From the UHGV virus genome UHGV-0057547: a DNA stretch of 64,000 nucleotides; one strand, given 5' to 3'. A model generated the notes under the pieces. It did not search any database. It had not been told where the DNA came from and was given only the letters and a program-made list of their open reading frames with translations. Shown here in pieces: positions 10,160-21,699 of this stretch; the stretch's first letter is position 1, and the number at the start of each line of letters is the position of its first letter. This DNA comes from a virus. The position numbers and the translations under genes were made by a program.

Positions 10160-10621
10160 ATGGGGTTTTTTAAGGAAAGAAAAGATAGAAAAAATGAAGA
10201 AAAAAGAATGAAAGAATATATTAGAGAATATATAAAAGTATGTGATACAATATGCTATGAAGATATTTATATGAAAGAAATTATTATACAATATGATGAA
10301 TTAATACCTGATATGTTTATTAGTATACATGTTGATAATAAAGATATAGATGAAGTTTTATATGATATATACAATAGAAGATTACATGAAGTTTTATTAA
10401 AGTTTCCAAATGGACTTGAAGAAAAATGTAAAGTTAATGGAAAAATAGAGAAACGTATTGTTGATGAATTAAATGATGTAATATGGGAAGAACCTTTAGT
10501 AAAACTAAAACATTATAAAATAGATGTATCATTATTTGATTTAATAGCTCAAGATGTTAAAGTCTATATATTAGATTATGATTTGAAAGGAATTGATATT
10601 GATGAAAACACAAGAAGATAA
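10160..10621 (+). CDS. Hypothetical protein
   Basis: ORF track. Confidence 0.35.
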   Translation: MGFFKERKDRKNEEKRMKEYIREYIKVCDTICYEDIYMKEIIIQYDELIPDMFISIHVDNKDIDEVLYDIYNRRLHEVLLKFPNGLEEKCKVNGKIEKRIVDELNDVIWEEPLVKLKHYKIDVSLFDLIAQDVKVYILDYDLKGIDIDENTRR

Positions 10622-11111
10622 GAGTATATGTTCAACTTGTAAACATTTGAAAGGTATATTTACTTACACCGAAGATGGTATTAAACCTAGTTATATATGT
10701 ATGGCTAATGATAACTGTTGGATAACAATAACAGAATTGTGTACTAATAAAGATTTTGCTGAATGTGAAGATTATGAAAGTTTTGATAGGTTATTAACAG
10801 AAGATGTGTCAATATGTCCAATTAAATATGATAATAATGGTGAAATTAACCCAACTGATTGTACTAACTGTGCATATTTTTTAACTACACCGATTCAATT
10901 TCCTTGTGGGCATTGTATGATAAAGACTGACTTGAATGTTGGCTGTTTTAGATTTTGTGAACACTTTACAACAGAAAGACCAAAAATGCAATTACGAATT
11001 GAAGCAAATGATATGGACTTACAAAAACTTTATATACAAAGAAATCAATTATTATTAAAGAAAGCAACTAAAAATAAAAGAAAGGATAACGAAAATGATG
11101 GAAGTAACTAA
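10593..11111 (+). CDS. Cys-rich hypothetical protein
   Basis: ORF track; many Cys pairs. Confidence 0.35.
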   Translation: MILMKTQEDKSICSTCKHLKGIFTYTEDGIKPSYICMANDNCWITITELCTNKDFAECEDYESFDRLLTEDVSICPIKYDNNGEINPTDCTNCAYFLTTPIQFPCGHCMIKTDLNVGCFRFCEHFTTERPKMQLRIEANDMDLQKLYIQRNQLLLKKATKNKRKDNENDGSN

Positions 11112-11574
11112 TGTAGATAAATATTATTCATTGTTAGGCATAAGACCCTCAATGATAAATGATTCAATATTTGGAAATGTATATGTATTAATTAATTTAG
11201 ATAAGTCAAATTATCCTAAAGTATTCATAGGATATTCAACTAAGAAAGAAAAGTTTTATTTATTTAACTGTATATATCTTGAAGATGCTATTTATCCTTT
11301 TGGGAAATTAGTAGAATATATAGTAGTTGATTTAACATCAGCAGATTTATTTAAGATTGTAAATAAAGGAACAAAAATAAAAGACATATATGATAATAAA
11401 ACAATATTTTCATATGTAATAGATGATACAGATGGTGACTTAGAACAAGTACAAAAAAGTTATTTATCCAAAGAAGAAGATATATCAAATGTAAATTTTT
11501 ATGATACTTTAGAAATGGAACTTAAATTAACAAATGAACAATTTAATGAAATTATTTTATTATCTGCTCTTTAG
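11095..11574 (+). CDS. Hypothetical protein
   Basis: ORF track. Confidence 0.35.
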   Translation: MMEVTNVDKYYSLLGIRPSMINDSIFGNVYVLINLDKSNYPKVFIGYSTKKEKFYLFNCIYLEDAIYPFGKLVEYIVVDLTSADLFKIVNKGTKIKDIYDNKTIFSYVIDDTDGDLEQVQKSYLSKEEDISNVNFYDTLEMELKLTNEQFNEIILLSAL

Positions 11575-11585
11575 AAAAAATAAAA

Positions 11586-11612
11586 AAGAAGAGATTAATT
11601 CTCTTCTTTATC
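11586..11612. terminator. Bidirectional rho-independent terminator hairpin (aagaagag-attaatt-ctcttctt)
   Basis: Perfect 8-bp stem flanked by A/T runs. Confidence 0.5.
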
Positions 11613-11856
11613 TTCTAAACATTCTCCAAAAACCAATAATGGATAAATAAAAATCATGATAATGCCACTAAGTAAATCTAATAAACTTAAACATATATTA
11701 TATATAATTTTTATAATATCTTTTATTAAATTTATAATAATTTCAAAATGAAAATTTTTAATATATCTTTTTATAAATTTCATTCTATCAACTCCTTTGG
11801 GTTTTATATAAATTATACTAAAAATTTTATTAGAAGTAAATAATAAATAAAGAAAG

Positions 11857-12081
11857 GTGAAAAATATGAAAAAATTTTTAGAAAAAATAGGAAAGAAATT
11901 ATGTAAGGATTATTTACAAACTGTCAATGCAGAATCAGAAAACTTAAAACTTATGTTAGAAAAAAGTAGTAAAGATTTTGAAATGTTACATAAAGAAATC
12001 GAAGAATTAAGAAGTGAATTAAACATAGAAGAACCTAAAGAAATAATTGAAGAATTAGATGAAGAAGAAAAAGAAGAATAA
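11857..12081 (+). CDS. Small coiled-coil protein
   Basis: ORF with RBS aaaggtg. Confidence 0.35.
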   Translation: MKNMKKFLEKIGKKLCKDYLQTVNAESENLKLMLEKSSKDFEMLHKEIEELRSELNIEEPKEIIEELDEEEKEE

Positions 12082-12087
12082 AAAAAT

Positions 12088-12116
12088 AGCCTACTTAATA
12101 GTAGGCTATTTTAATT
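12088..12116 (+). terminator. Rho-independent terminator (atagcctact-taat-agtaggctat + T run)
   Basis: 10-bp perfect stem followed by tttaattttt. Confidence 0.6.
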
Positions 12117-12200
12117 TTTCTTTTAAACTTATACTAAGATTCACTATATTTATTATATCTATTTTTTTAATATTTTAAGATATTATTCATTAATAATTTA

Positions 12201-14543
12201 TTATCCATAGACAATTACTACACCTAACCATTCTGTGGTATAAGTGAAAATAAACTCATATGTTTTATTAGCTGAAATTGTTGGAATATTTCCATTTTGC
12301 CACTTACAAGTTGGTAATGTTAAAGTTAAATCTGCTGTTGTACTAAAGAATAAATGAATTTTTGTAAAAGAAGTAACTGCTGGTAATGTAATTTCAGTAC
12401 CATTTACGATAGTAGCAGTTTGATATTTGTCTGTTGTTAATGATAAAGTAGTACCTGATATATTAGTAGTTACTAGAGTATTATTAATTTTATCGTCTAA
12501 GTATTTCTTAGTAACTACATCCATATCATCAGTAGGATTTTTACCTACAGTTAATTTACCTGCATACCAAGCATTACCTTGCCAATCTAAAGTGTGTGCA
12601 TTTGACCTTTTAGCATCACCAGCACCATTACCTACTATATGAGCATATTTATTAGCAGTATCTTCTATATTATATTTACCTTGTACATGTTGATATTTAG
12701 AAGAAGCTTTAGTATTATTACCTTCTGCATGTGAAGATTCACCTGAAGCTGTTGTCGTAGAGCCTTCTGCATGTGAACCATAATTACCTGAAGCTGTTGT
12801 ATTATTACCTTCTGCATGTGAACCATAACTACCTGAAGCTGTTGTATTATTACCTTCTGCATGCGGACCATAATCACCTGAAGCCTTTGAAGACCATCCT
12901 TCTGCATGTGAAGAATAACCTGAAGCCTTTGAAGACCATCCTTCTGCATGTGAACAATCACCTGAAGCTTCTACATCTTCTCCCGTAGTAAAACTATTTT
13001 CTCCTACTGTAGTCCCTTCTTTTCTTCCTAAACTTACACTTCCTGTAAATACTGGATTATTTGTAGTAGCATATCCATTCAAACTTTGATGTTCTGTTAA
13101 ATATTGACTATGTGTATGTGAAGTTACATCACCAGTTAATTTAGCTTCTATTTCTGCTTTAGTTATATCACTATTTTTCTGTGCTGTACTTGGTGCATGA
13201 GCTGCTTGACTATGTGTATAAGCAGCATCATAATTAGATTTTAAAGCATTAGTTAAGTCATTAGTAGATAAACCTTTACCTGTTTCTTTTTTAACGAAAT
13301 TTGAGGTATCAACAGTTGTTCCTCCTGAACCTTTATTTGCATCGAAGTATTTCTTAGTAACTACATCCATATCATCAGTAGGTTCTTTACCTACAGTTAA
13401 TTTACCTGCATACCAAGCATTACCTTGCCAATCTAAGGTATGGGCATTGGAATTTTTACCATCCTCACCATTACCAACTATATGTGCATAAGTACCATTT
13501 AAGTCTTCTATATTATACTTACCTTGCACGTGTTGATTTTGAGAAGAAGCAATAGTACTAGCGCCTTCTGCGTGAGAATTTTCTCCCGAAGCTGTTGTAC
13601 AATTACCTTCGGCATGAGAACAATATGCTGAAGCAGTCGTACTATCACCTTCGGCATGCGAAGATTCACCTGAAGCTGTTGTATATTTACCTTCTGAGTG
13701 AGAATTTTCTCCTGAAGCAGTCGTACTATCGCCTTCTGCATGTGAATAATAATTTGAAGCAGTTGTAGAACTGCCTTCAGCATGAGAAGCAACACCACTA
13801 GCTATTGTATTACTACCTTCAGCATGTGAACCATAATCACCTGAGGCAGTTGTACCTTCACCTTCTGTATGTGAACCATTACCTGAAGCAGTTGTATCAC
13901 TACCTTCTGCATGTGAATAATCGCCTGAAGCTATTGTCATAGAGCCTTCAGCATGTGAATAATCGCCTGAAGCTGTTGTCATAGAGCCTTCAGCATGTGA
14001 ATTCATACCTGAGGCAGTTGTACCTTCACCTTCTGCATGTGAACAATCACCTGAAGCTTCTACATGCATACCTATAGCACTACTTCCTGCTCCTATATCT
14101 CCTACTCTTCCTAAACTTATACTATTTTGTAATACTAAATCAGTTTCTAAATATTTACTATCTAAATATTTAACTTCTTCTTCGTAAATAACTAAATCAG
14201 TAAAAGTATTAGTAGTAATATCATTTTTACCTAGTTCAATAAGTAACATTATATTTGTTAAATCCTCAAATGCTTGTATACTATAATTGCCAATACTACA
14301 TACAATACAATTACCAATTTCTTCACTTACTAATAAAGTACATAATTTTTTACTACCTAAGAATTCTATATAATATCTTCTATCTTTATTAATAGAAACA
14401 TTATTTACAGTAATATTATCATTTAATTTTATATCACTAGCAGGTACAGTAACTAATACTTTACTAGAAATAGTTTTTATTACATTATTATCATTGTTAT
14501 TTCCATTGGTTTTATCTTCTCTAATAAACCCCATTAAATTCAT
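12201..14543 (-). CDS. Tail fibre / receptor-binding protein with two tandem SHAEG-repeat beta-helix modules
   Basis: About 25 copies of x-SHAEG-xxTTASG-xx; duplicated module ending NAHTLDWQGNAWYAGKLTVGK-PTDDMDVVTKKY. Confidence 0.55.
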   Translation of the reverse strand: MNLMGFIREDKTNGNNNDNNVIKTISSKVLVTVPASDIKLNDNITVNNVSINKDRRYYIEFLGSKKLCTLLVSEEIGNCIVCSIGNYSIQAFEDLTNIMLLIELGKNDITTNTFTDLVIYEEEVKYLDSKYLETDLVLQNSISLGRVGDIGAGSSAIGMHVEASGDCSHAEGEGTTASGMNSHAEGSMTTASGDYSHAEGSMTIASGDYSHAEGSDTTASGNGSHTEGEGTTASGDYGSHAEGSNTIASGVASHAEGSSTTASNYYSHAEGDSTTASGENSHSEGKYTTASGESSHAEGDSTTASAYCSHAEGNCTTASGENSHAEGASTIASSQNQHVQGKYNIEDLNGTYAHIVGNGEDGKNSNAHTLDWQGNAWYAGKLTVGKEPTDDMDVVTKKYFDANKGSGGTTVDTSNFVKKETGKGLSTNDLTNALKSNYDAAYTHSQAAHAPSTAQKNSDITKAEIEAKLTGDVTSHTHSQYLTEHQSLNGYATTNNPVFTGSVSLGRKEGTTVGENSFTTGEDVEASGDCSHAEGWSSKASGYSSHAEGWSSKASGDYGPHAEGNNTTASGSYGSHAEGNNTTASGNYGSHAEGSTTTASGESSHAEGNNTKASSKYQHVQGKYNIEDTANKYAHIVGNGAGDAKRSNAHTLDWQGNAWYAGKLTVGKNPTDDMDVVTKKYLDDKINNTLVTTNISGTTLSLTTDKYQTATIVNGTEITLPAVTSFTKIHLFFSTTADLTLTLPTCKWQNGNIPTISANKTYEFIFTYTTEWLGVVIVYG

Positions 14544-14704
14544 CTCCTTTAAAGATATTTTTACATATCTTAATTTTTTAATAATCTACATTACGATAAT
14601 AAGACCAGCCTATTATATTTAATTATGATTTATCATACATTTTATTTGACTTTTAATAACTATATTAGTATAATTTATGTAAAATATAATTTGGTGGGTG
14701 ATGA

Positions 14705-17018
14705 AATGAGCAAACTTATAAAATTAGATAATCCTATTGAAATAGAATTTACTTTGGATAAAAAGGTATATAAAAGTCCTAATAGCAACTTTATGATATT
14801 AAGAATATTCAGTGACACAATGGAAATTAAACCTTATTTAAATCCTGTATACAACAATGTTAGTATGAAAGTAAATACAGTAGGAGATATAAAATATAAT
14901 GTAAAATATAAAGCTAAAATAATGGAATTAGAATACGATAAAAAATGGGGGTATTCAATCAAAGGACAAGAGATAATACCTTCTGACTTTTCAGCAGATT
15001 CCATTAATGATGATGATACAATGTTAAATTTTATAGAATTATTTATAGGTGAAAGTGTAGCAGATAAATTAAAAAATGTAATCGGTATATGTGATATAAT
15101 AAAAAATAAAAATACTGAAGAATTATTAAAGGTACATGGGATAGGAGAAAAGACAGTAAATAAAATATATAATTCTTATCAAGAGAATGTTGAAAATGCA
15201 CATTATCTTATGACATTAAAACAATTAGGATTTACAGATAATGCTATAAATAAATTAAACACAGTATATAATAAAAATTTATATGAAGCATGTCAACAAA
15301 TAAAGAGTAATATATTTGATTTAGTATTTAAAGGATTTAGATTAGATATTATAGATAATATATTCTTAAGCAAAATGGAAGGAAATAAAAGAGACGAAAG
15401 AAGATTAGAATGTTATACTTATAAAGCTATTAATGATGTATTATATGAAGATTTTGAAAGTTTTATAAGTATTAGTAGATTTATGAGATTACCAGTAATA
15501 GAAAATACAATAGATAATGTTGGAGATAAAATATTTAATAAATGTATAGATAAATTAATAAAAGATAGAAAGATTTATATCATAGAAGATAAGTATATAA
15601 CAACTTATGGTATTTATAATTGCGATGTTAATTTATATAGAAATTTAAGAAGATTAATAAATGGAGATAACAAAAGTAATGTAAACATAGATATAGATAA
15701 AGAAATAAATTATGAAGAAGAAAGATTAGGAGTAAAATTAAACAAAGGACAAAGAAATTGCGTTAAATCTGTATTAACTCATAATATATCTCTATTAACA
15801 GGTGGTGGAGGTGTTGGTAAGACTTTCACTTTAAACATAATATTAAATATAATGGATAGATTATATGAACCATTCTTACCTACTTTAGTAGCCTTAAGTG
15901 GTAAAGCTAGTGGAGTATTAGCTGAATCAACTCATAGAGAAGCAAGTACAATCCATAGAGCTTTAGGTTTCTCAGGTGGATTTTTTATGTATGATAAAAC
16001 TAACCCATTAAAAACTGATATACTAGTTATAGATGAAGTTTCTATGGTATCAAATGAATTAATGCTAGATTTATTAAGTGCTATTGAGACTGGAACTAAA
16101 ATATTATTTATAGGAGATGAAAAACAATTAACTAGTATTGGACATTCTAATACTATAAATGATTTAAATAAATTACCAATAAATAAATGTCAATTAACTG
16201 AACCTATGAGACAAGCGATGAAAAGTGGTATATTAAATGTATGTACAGACATAAGAAATGATAAGAATCCATTTGTAAATAAAAAATCTGCATTATATGG
16301 TGAATTAAAAGATATGTCAGTTACTATAGGTGATGATAAATATTGGGAAATGATTAATGATTATGTAGAAAACTTTGATGTTAATAATAAATTAGATTAT
16401 GTAGTTTTAGCTTGTACTAAAAAAGAAACAAGTAAAATAAATATAGATATTCAAAATGAATTAATTAAAAAAGGTAAACTTAATAAAAACAGTAATTATA
16501 TAGAAATTAGTACTGACCTTAAGGAAAATGATAAAAAAGTTAAAATGAAAATATACCCAGGAAGTGTATTACTTATAACAAAAAATAAATATAACGTATT
16601 ATCAGAAGAAGATTATTATAACAATAGAAAAGATGGAAATAAAAGTTTATTCAATGGTAATACAGTAATAGTAGAAGAAATATATTCTGATGCAATTAAA
16701 GTTAGTTTCAATAATGAAAACTTTATAATTCTTAGTGCATTTTATGATATATTAAGTGGTGGCTATAGCTATTCAATACATCGTTCTCAAGGAAGTACTA
16801 TAAAGTATTTATATATCTACTTAAGCAACACATATGTTGTAAAAGAAATGTTATTAGTAAATGAAGCATTATACACTGCTATATCAAGAGGAAAAATAAG
16901 ATGTAAGCTATATGTAGAAAAATACATTGTATTGACAAAAGCAATAAATAATAGAGAGATAAACAAAAGACAAACAATATTAGAATTATTAATAGATGGT
17001 AAAATATCTCTTAGATAA
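14705..17018 (+). CDS. RecD-like SF1 DNA helicase (HhH + AAA_30 + UvrD_C)
   Basis: Walker A LLTGGGGVGKTF, Walker B ILVIDEVSMV, SIHRSQGST motif, HGIGEKT helix-hairpin-helix; start chosen at ATG with RBS ggtgggtga. Confidence 0.7.
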
Positions 17019-17317
17019 TTTATAAGTTGTATTTGCTTTAGGAATGTTTATAAAAGGAGAGTAAAAATACTCTTCTTTTTTTAAAAGAATTAAATAATTT
17101 CATGAGCTTAAGCAATGAAAAAAATGTAAAACTGTCAATATAAATTGTACATAATTTAAAGAAACTCGTACATCTTTTAAAAATGTAAAAAAATTAATTA
17201 CTAATGTCTTATAGTATATATGAAAAACAAATAAAGGTAGGTGAAAAATTTTGTACAGAATATAATTATTATTATATATTATATATTATATATATATTAT
17301 AATAAGATTCTAATTCT

Positions 17318-18730
17318 GTGCAAAAAATAAATATGAATATAGAAAATCTAGAGTTAAATAAAGAGTATACATGGAAACAAATTTGTGAATTAACCGATAT
17401 ACCATATAAAACGGGTAATACTAAAGTAAAACAAATGAAACAATTTGAAAGTCTATGTAGATTTACTAAAGAAAAAACTAAATTTACAATACATGAAATA
17501 TATAATAAACCTAAAGAAATAGAAGATGGTAGGAAAAATAATGGAAGTTTTGATAGAAAAAGTAAATATGAACCTTTAGACGACCAACTGTTTGCAATGT
17601 TTGATGATATACTTGAGAATAATTCCAATTTACCTATTATAGAAGATAAAACAAATGAGTTATATAAAGTGTATCTTTGGACAAGTGAAATAAAGAAAGT
17701 AACTGGAATGGTCAATAGTGAATTTAAAGGAAATAGAAACGATACGACAAAAACACATATTAAAGAAAGTGTAAAAAATATTACCCCTTATGAAAAATAT
17801 AAAAAAAATATTAAAGAGGATATAAAAAACGAGGAGGAGATACTTATAAAAGAATATGAAAAATATGTTGATGAGAGTGTTAATTTAATATTTAATGATA
17901 TATTCCCAACTTGTAAACAAAGAACAGATGAAATGTTACATGGAGCTTTAGGAAGGTTAGAAAAACAACATGTGATATTTGTAAATAGAGCCTATATGTT
18001 GCAATTTAAATATGAGACTGGAGAATATGATGAAGATGGGAATGAAATAATTTTATATTGTCAACAATATACAAATGGAGTAGAAGAAACAGCTGTAATA
18101 GATAATATAAAGTTATCAGTAATTGAAGATTGGAATAAAATACTTGATAGAAAAAAATTTATTAAAGGAATTGAATTAAAAATATATAAATATTTTAAAA
18201 ATAGAAAAGATGAAAATGGTAATATAAGAAAAATATCTAATATGAATGATATACCTAATGATTTATTGAATATATTTAATAAATGTTTTAAAGAAAAAAT
18301 GATAAAAAAATTTGGAGATTCTGCAATGTATTTTGATGGTGCTTTTGCTTGTAATGAAGTATTAATTAATAAAAAAATGATGAATTTTAAATATGATGAT
18401 AATAAAAGAAAACAAATAATAACTTGTAAAAAGGATTTAACTAATAAAAAGAAAATTAATCAATTAGTTACAACTAGTTTAGTTAATACTTTTAAAAAGA
18501 AAATAGAAAATTCTAAAAACAATACTTCATCTTTTAGTAATAAAAAATATGATAAGGTAAGAAATGATTTTGAGGAAATATATCTAACAACAGTTGAGGA
18601 TAAAGTAAGAATAGATTTCAAGAAAGATAATTCAGAAATACTTAGATTATCATCACCAAAAATAAAAAATGAAAGTGATACAATAATTAATTTGCTTAAA
18701 GATGATGATGATAGTAAGAATATTAAATAG
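17318..18730 (+). CDS. Hypothetical protein (470 aa, Lys/Asn-rich)
   Basis: ORF track. Confidence 0.4.
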   Translation: MQKINMNIENLELNKEYTWKQICELTDIPYKTGNTKVKQMKQFESLCRFTKEKTKFTIHEIYNKPKEIEDGRKNNGSFDRKSKYEPLDDQLFAMFDDILENNSNLPIIEDKTNELYKVYLWTSEIKKVTGMVNSEFKGNRNDTTKTHIKESVKNITPYEKYKKNIKEDIKNEEEILIKEYEKYVDESVNLIFNDIFPTCKQRTDEMLHGALGRLEKQHVIFVNRAYMLQFKYETGEYDEDGNEIILYCQQYTNGVEETAVIDNIKLSVIEDWNKILDRKKFIKGIELKIYKYFKNRKDENGNIRKISNMNDIPNDLLNIFNKCFKEKMIKKFGDSAMYFDGAFACNEVLINKKMMNFKYDDNKRKQIITCKKDLTNKKKINQLVTTSLVNTFKKKIENSKNNTSSFSNKKYDKVRNDFEEIYLTTVEDKVRIDFKKDNSEILRLSSPKIKNESDTIINLLKDDDDSKNIK

Positions 18731-18883
18731 TAATTATATTGTGCAAAAATGTGGAGTAAGCTTAAATAGAGCTTGTGCAAAAATGTGGAGTAAGCTCATA
18801 TGAAAACAGTATATTTTGTACATAAACTAAAATCTTTCTATAGGATAAGAAGTTTGTGTGAAAATAAAAAAAGGAACAGAAAA

Positions 18884-19618
18884 TTAATCTGTTCCTTTTT
18901 TGCTATCTAAAACCTTATTAATTATATTCATTCCATTTTTCTCTTTATGTTTATTAAATGATAAGAGATAATCTTTGGCACTTTGTTTTTTAGGTTTTTT
19001 TAATAACTTATCAATTATTTTCTTATTTGTTTTGGTGTTTGTTCTTCTAACAGTGACACCCTCATGTTTTTCTTTTTTAGATTTTTTAGGAGTTTTATCT
19101 TCTATTGATTTAATTCCATGCATTTGTTTTAATAACATATGATAATATCCATTATCACATCCATTTTCTACCCAATACATATCTCCTAAATCTTGTATAT
19201 AATGACATGAATTAAAATAGTAAGTGTTGGATTTTCTAACTCCTGACATTACAGCAAGTTTATCAATCATTGCTTTATAACCATCTTTGATATTTTTAAA
19301 TCTCATCCAACCATGAGTAGCTTTTAAACCTCCAGGGTTATTATAGCTTCTAAAAAGATGACTTTTACCATAGCCTGTTTCTATGCTTGTCATTGCTATA
19401 ACTAATGTTGCATCTATTCCTACTTTATCACAGTATTCATAGATATAATCAACACAACCCATTAATTTTTTACTAGTGTTTCTATTGTATAAAAATACTT
19501 TAGCTTGATAAGGTGTTGATGTATTATCAGTTGCTATTATTGGTTTACTCGCATAACTAGAGCAAGGAAGTAAAACCATTAATGCACATAAAAATAAAGT
19601 AAATATTTTCTTTTTCAT
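18884..19618 (-). CDS. Secreted N-acetylglucosaminidase (GH73/FlgJ-like) cell-wall hydrolase
   Basis: Signal peptide; AMTSIETGYGKS...YNNPGGLKA matches glucosaminidase catalytic motif. Confidence 0.6.
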   Translation of the reverse strand: MKKKIFTLFLCALMVLLPCSSYASKPIIATDNTSTPYQAKVFLYNRNTSKKLMGCVDYIYEYCDKVGIDATLVIAMTSIETGYGKSHLFRSYNNPGGLKATHGWMRFKNIKDGYKAMIDKLAVMSGVRKSNTYYFNSCHYIQDLGDMYWVENGCDNGYYHMLLKQMHGIKSIEDKTPKKSKKEKHEGVTVRRTNTKTNKKIIDKLLKKPKKQSAKDYLLSFNKHKEKNGMNIINKVLDSKKGTD

Positions 19619-20508
19619 TATTTATCATCTCGACGATAATAAATATTCATATCAACTTTACCTATGCCATCAACATAACCCTTATCTGTATATTGCCACA
19701 TTTTAAACTTACCTACTTTTATACATTTTCCATTCCATGAAGCAATCCATGTATAGTGATTATTTAATAAATCTTTTGTAAAATAATTATCGCTAAAATC
19801 TAAATTTGTATATATACCACTATCGTATCCATCTTTTTCTACTATTCTACAGAATTCGTCACCAAGAGATGTAACTAATTTCTTAGTAGGTATAACTCCA
19901 AATTGAGTAGAATATCGTACTGAATCATATTCATAGTCAAACCATACTCCTAATGTTATATGTTTTCTGTATGGTTCAATTAATTTTAAACAGAGGCTTG
20001 TCTCTTTCTTGACATCATTTAAATTCATAGCATAACTGAAATGATACACACCTATTTCCATATCATTTTTTATCGCTTGTTCTATATTGTATTTAAATTT
20101 ATAATCTTCTGTTTTAGCATATCCAGTTCTTATTATACAAAAGTCTATCCCTGCCTTTTTAACTCTCTTCCAATCTATAGTCCCATTCCATTTAGAAACA
20201 TCTATTCCTTTAAGTTGTTTCTTATCTGATTTTATATTACCCTTCTTTTTAGATTCTTTATTTATCTCTTTTTCTAATTCTCTACTGTTGCTTATTACTT
20301 TAGTTTTCTCTTCTTTGTTTTTCTTACTTTCTTCAACTTTAGAATTCTTTCCGATAAGAGAATTTATCAAATCTAAACCATTACTTTTTGGTCTTTGATT
20401 GCTATTGTCTAAAATATTGTAAATAATGTCAGCTGGTTGGGCATTAATTGTTTGTATTGGGAAAGTTAATACACATAAAGTAATTAAAAAAGACAGTATC
20501 TTTTTCAA
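19618..20508 (-). CDS. GH25 muramidase (lysozyme) with signal peptide
   Basis: GIDVSKWNGTIDW...GVYHFSYA motifs typical of GH25. Confidence 0.7.
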   Translation of the reverse strand: MKKILSFLITLCVLTFPIQTINAQPADIIYNILDNSNQRPKSNGLDLINSLIGKNSKVEESKKNKEEKTKVISNSRELEKEINKESKKKGNIKSDKKQLKGIDVSKWNGTIDWKRVKKAGIDFCIIRTGYAKTEDYKFKYNIEQAIKNDMEIGVYHFSYAMNLNDVKKETSLCLKLIEPYRKHITLGVWFDYEYDSVRYSTQFGVIPTKKLVTSLGDEFCRIVEKDGYDSGIYTNLDFSDNYFTKDLLNNHYTWIASWNGKCIKVGKFKMWQYTDKGYVDGIGKVDMNIYYRRDDK

Positions 20509-20509
20509 T

Positions 20510-21124
20510 CTAGTCGTCTTCTTTATCTTTTGGTATTATTACTTTAAAAGTTAATATACCAGCGACAACAAATAATCCCATTTTAAACAAATCAACCAAA
20601 ATATTAACAAAACTTTCTTGTAGAGTTGTAAACCATGCTCCTTGTGGTGATATGCCTAAAGCTAAAACGAACATGATTGCCCACATTATCCCAATTGCTA
20701 GTTTCTTTTTATTTCTTTGAAACCAAGTTTTTTTAGGATGAGGACAACATTTTTCACAATGACATCCTGTTGGATGTTGTTCAGTTTTAGGAGATTCAAC
20801 GACTACTTTCTTTTCCACAATACAGGATTCAACGCCTTTACAAGTAAGAGGTTCGTATTGTTCTCGTTGTTGAATTTCACCATTAATAGGACAACCTATT
20901 CCATTTTTACTTGTGCTGTTTAAGATGTTATTTATTTCATCTAGTTTCTTCATTTCAGCACATAACTCATCTTTTTTCAATCTTATGTCTAAGTTTTGAG
21001 TTTCTCTTATTCTTTTTTCCTCTAAAGCTTCTTTAATTTCACGAATGTTCTCATTTCTATCTTTTTCATTCATAGTGATTTTTTCAGCTCCTTCTAACAT
21101 ATTTTTGATTTTTAGAGATTTCAT
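20510..21124 (-). CDS. Membrane protein with N-terminal coiled coil and C-terminal transmembrane helices (possible holin-like lysis partner)
   Basis: Position immediately upstream of the two hydrolases on the same strand; two C-terminal TM segments. Confidence 0.35.
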   Translation of the reverse strand: MKSLKIKNMLEGAEKITMNEKDRNENIREIKEALEEKRIRETQNLDIRLKKDELCAEMKKLDEINNILNSTSKNGIGCPINGEIQQREQYEPLTCKGVESCIVEKKVVVESPKTEQHPTGCHCEKCCPHPKKTWFQRNKKKLAIGIMWAIMFVLALGISPQGAWFTTLQESFVNILVDLFKMGLFVVAGILTFKVIIPKDKEDD

Positions 21125-21321
21125 GCTTCCACCTCACAATCTCTTATTATTTTGGTGATAATTATTTTACATATATTTAATAATACATTTTTATTAATTT
21201 TATATTAAAACTATTTACTTTTAATAAAAACATTAGTATATTATATATATAAAATTTTTTAAACATATTTACTTTTAATGAGAATCATAGTATAATATAA
21301 ATAAAGGAAGGAGATGAAGGT

Positions 21322-21645
21322 ATGAAAAATCCAGCTAATCAAATTCATAAGAAGATGTTAGAAGAATTTGAGAATAAAAGAAAATACAACAAAAGAATGA
21401 TAGAAGAAGATATATCTTGGAGAAAAGTACCATTTGAAGTAAAGGAAATGTTTTATAATGCATATGATTTAACAAATGAATTATCAGATAAATTATTAGT
21501 AAAAATAGAGAATAGTAAAGAAGAATTTGATTATGAGGTAGATGAATACTTTAATTATATTACATTAGAAGAAGAATGGTATAATTTAATATTTTTCTCA
21601 TTATGTAAGAAATATGGAATAAAGAAAAGTGTTTTATCAATTTAG
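21322..21645 (+). CDS. Hypothetical protein
   Basis: ORF track; promoter motif upstream. Confidence 0.35.
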   Translation: MKNPANQIHKKMLEEFENKRKYNKRMIEEDISWRKVPFEVKEMFYNAYDLTNELSDKLLVKIENSKEEFDYEVDEYFNYITLEEEWYNLIFFSLCKKYGIKKSVLSI

Positions 21646-21699
21646 TAAAATATAAAATAAAAATAAAGTAAATATAGTTAGAAAATGGAGAGATAATAA

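Noticed and set aside
17019-17317. Extremely AT-rich tract (tataattattattatatattatatatta...) as a second origin
   Set aside because: No boxes or iterons, only simple sequence; more likely a promoter or intergenic spacer.
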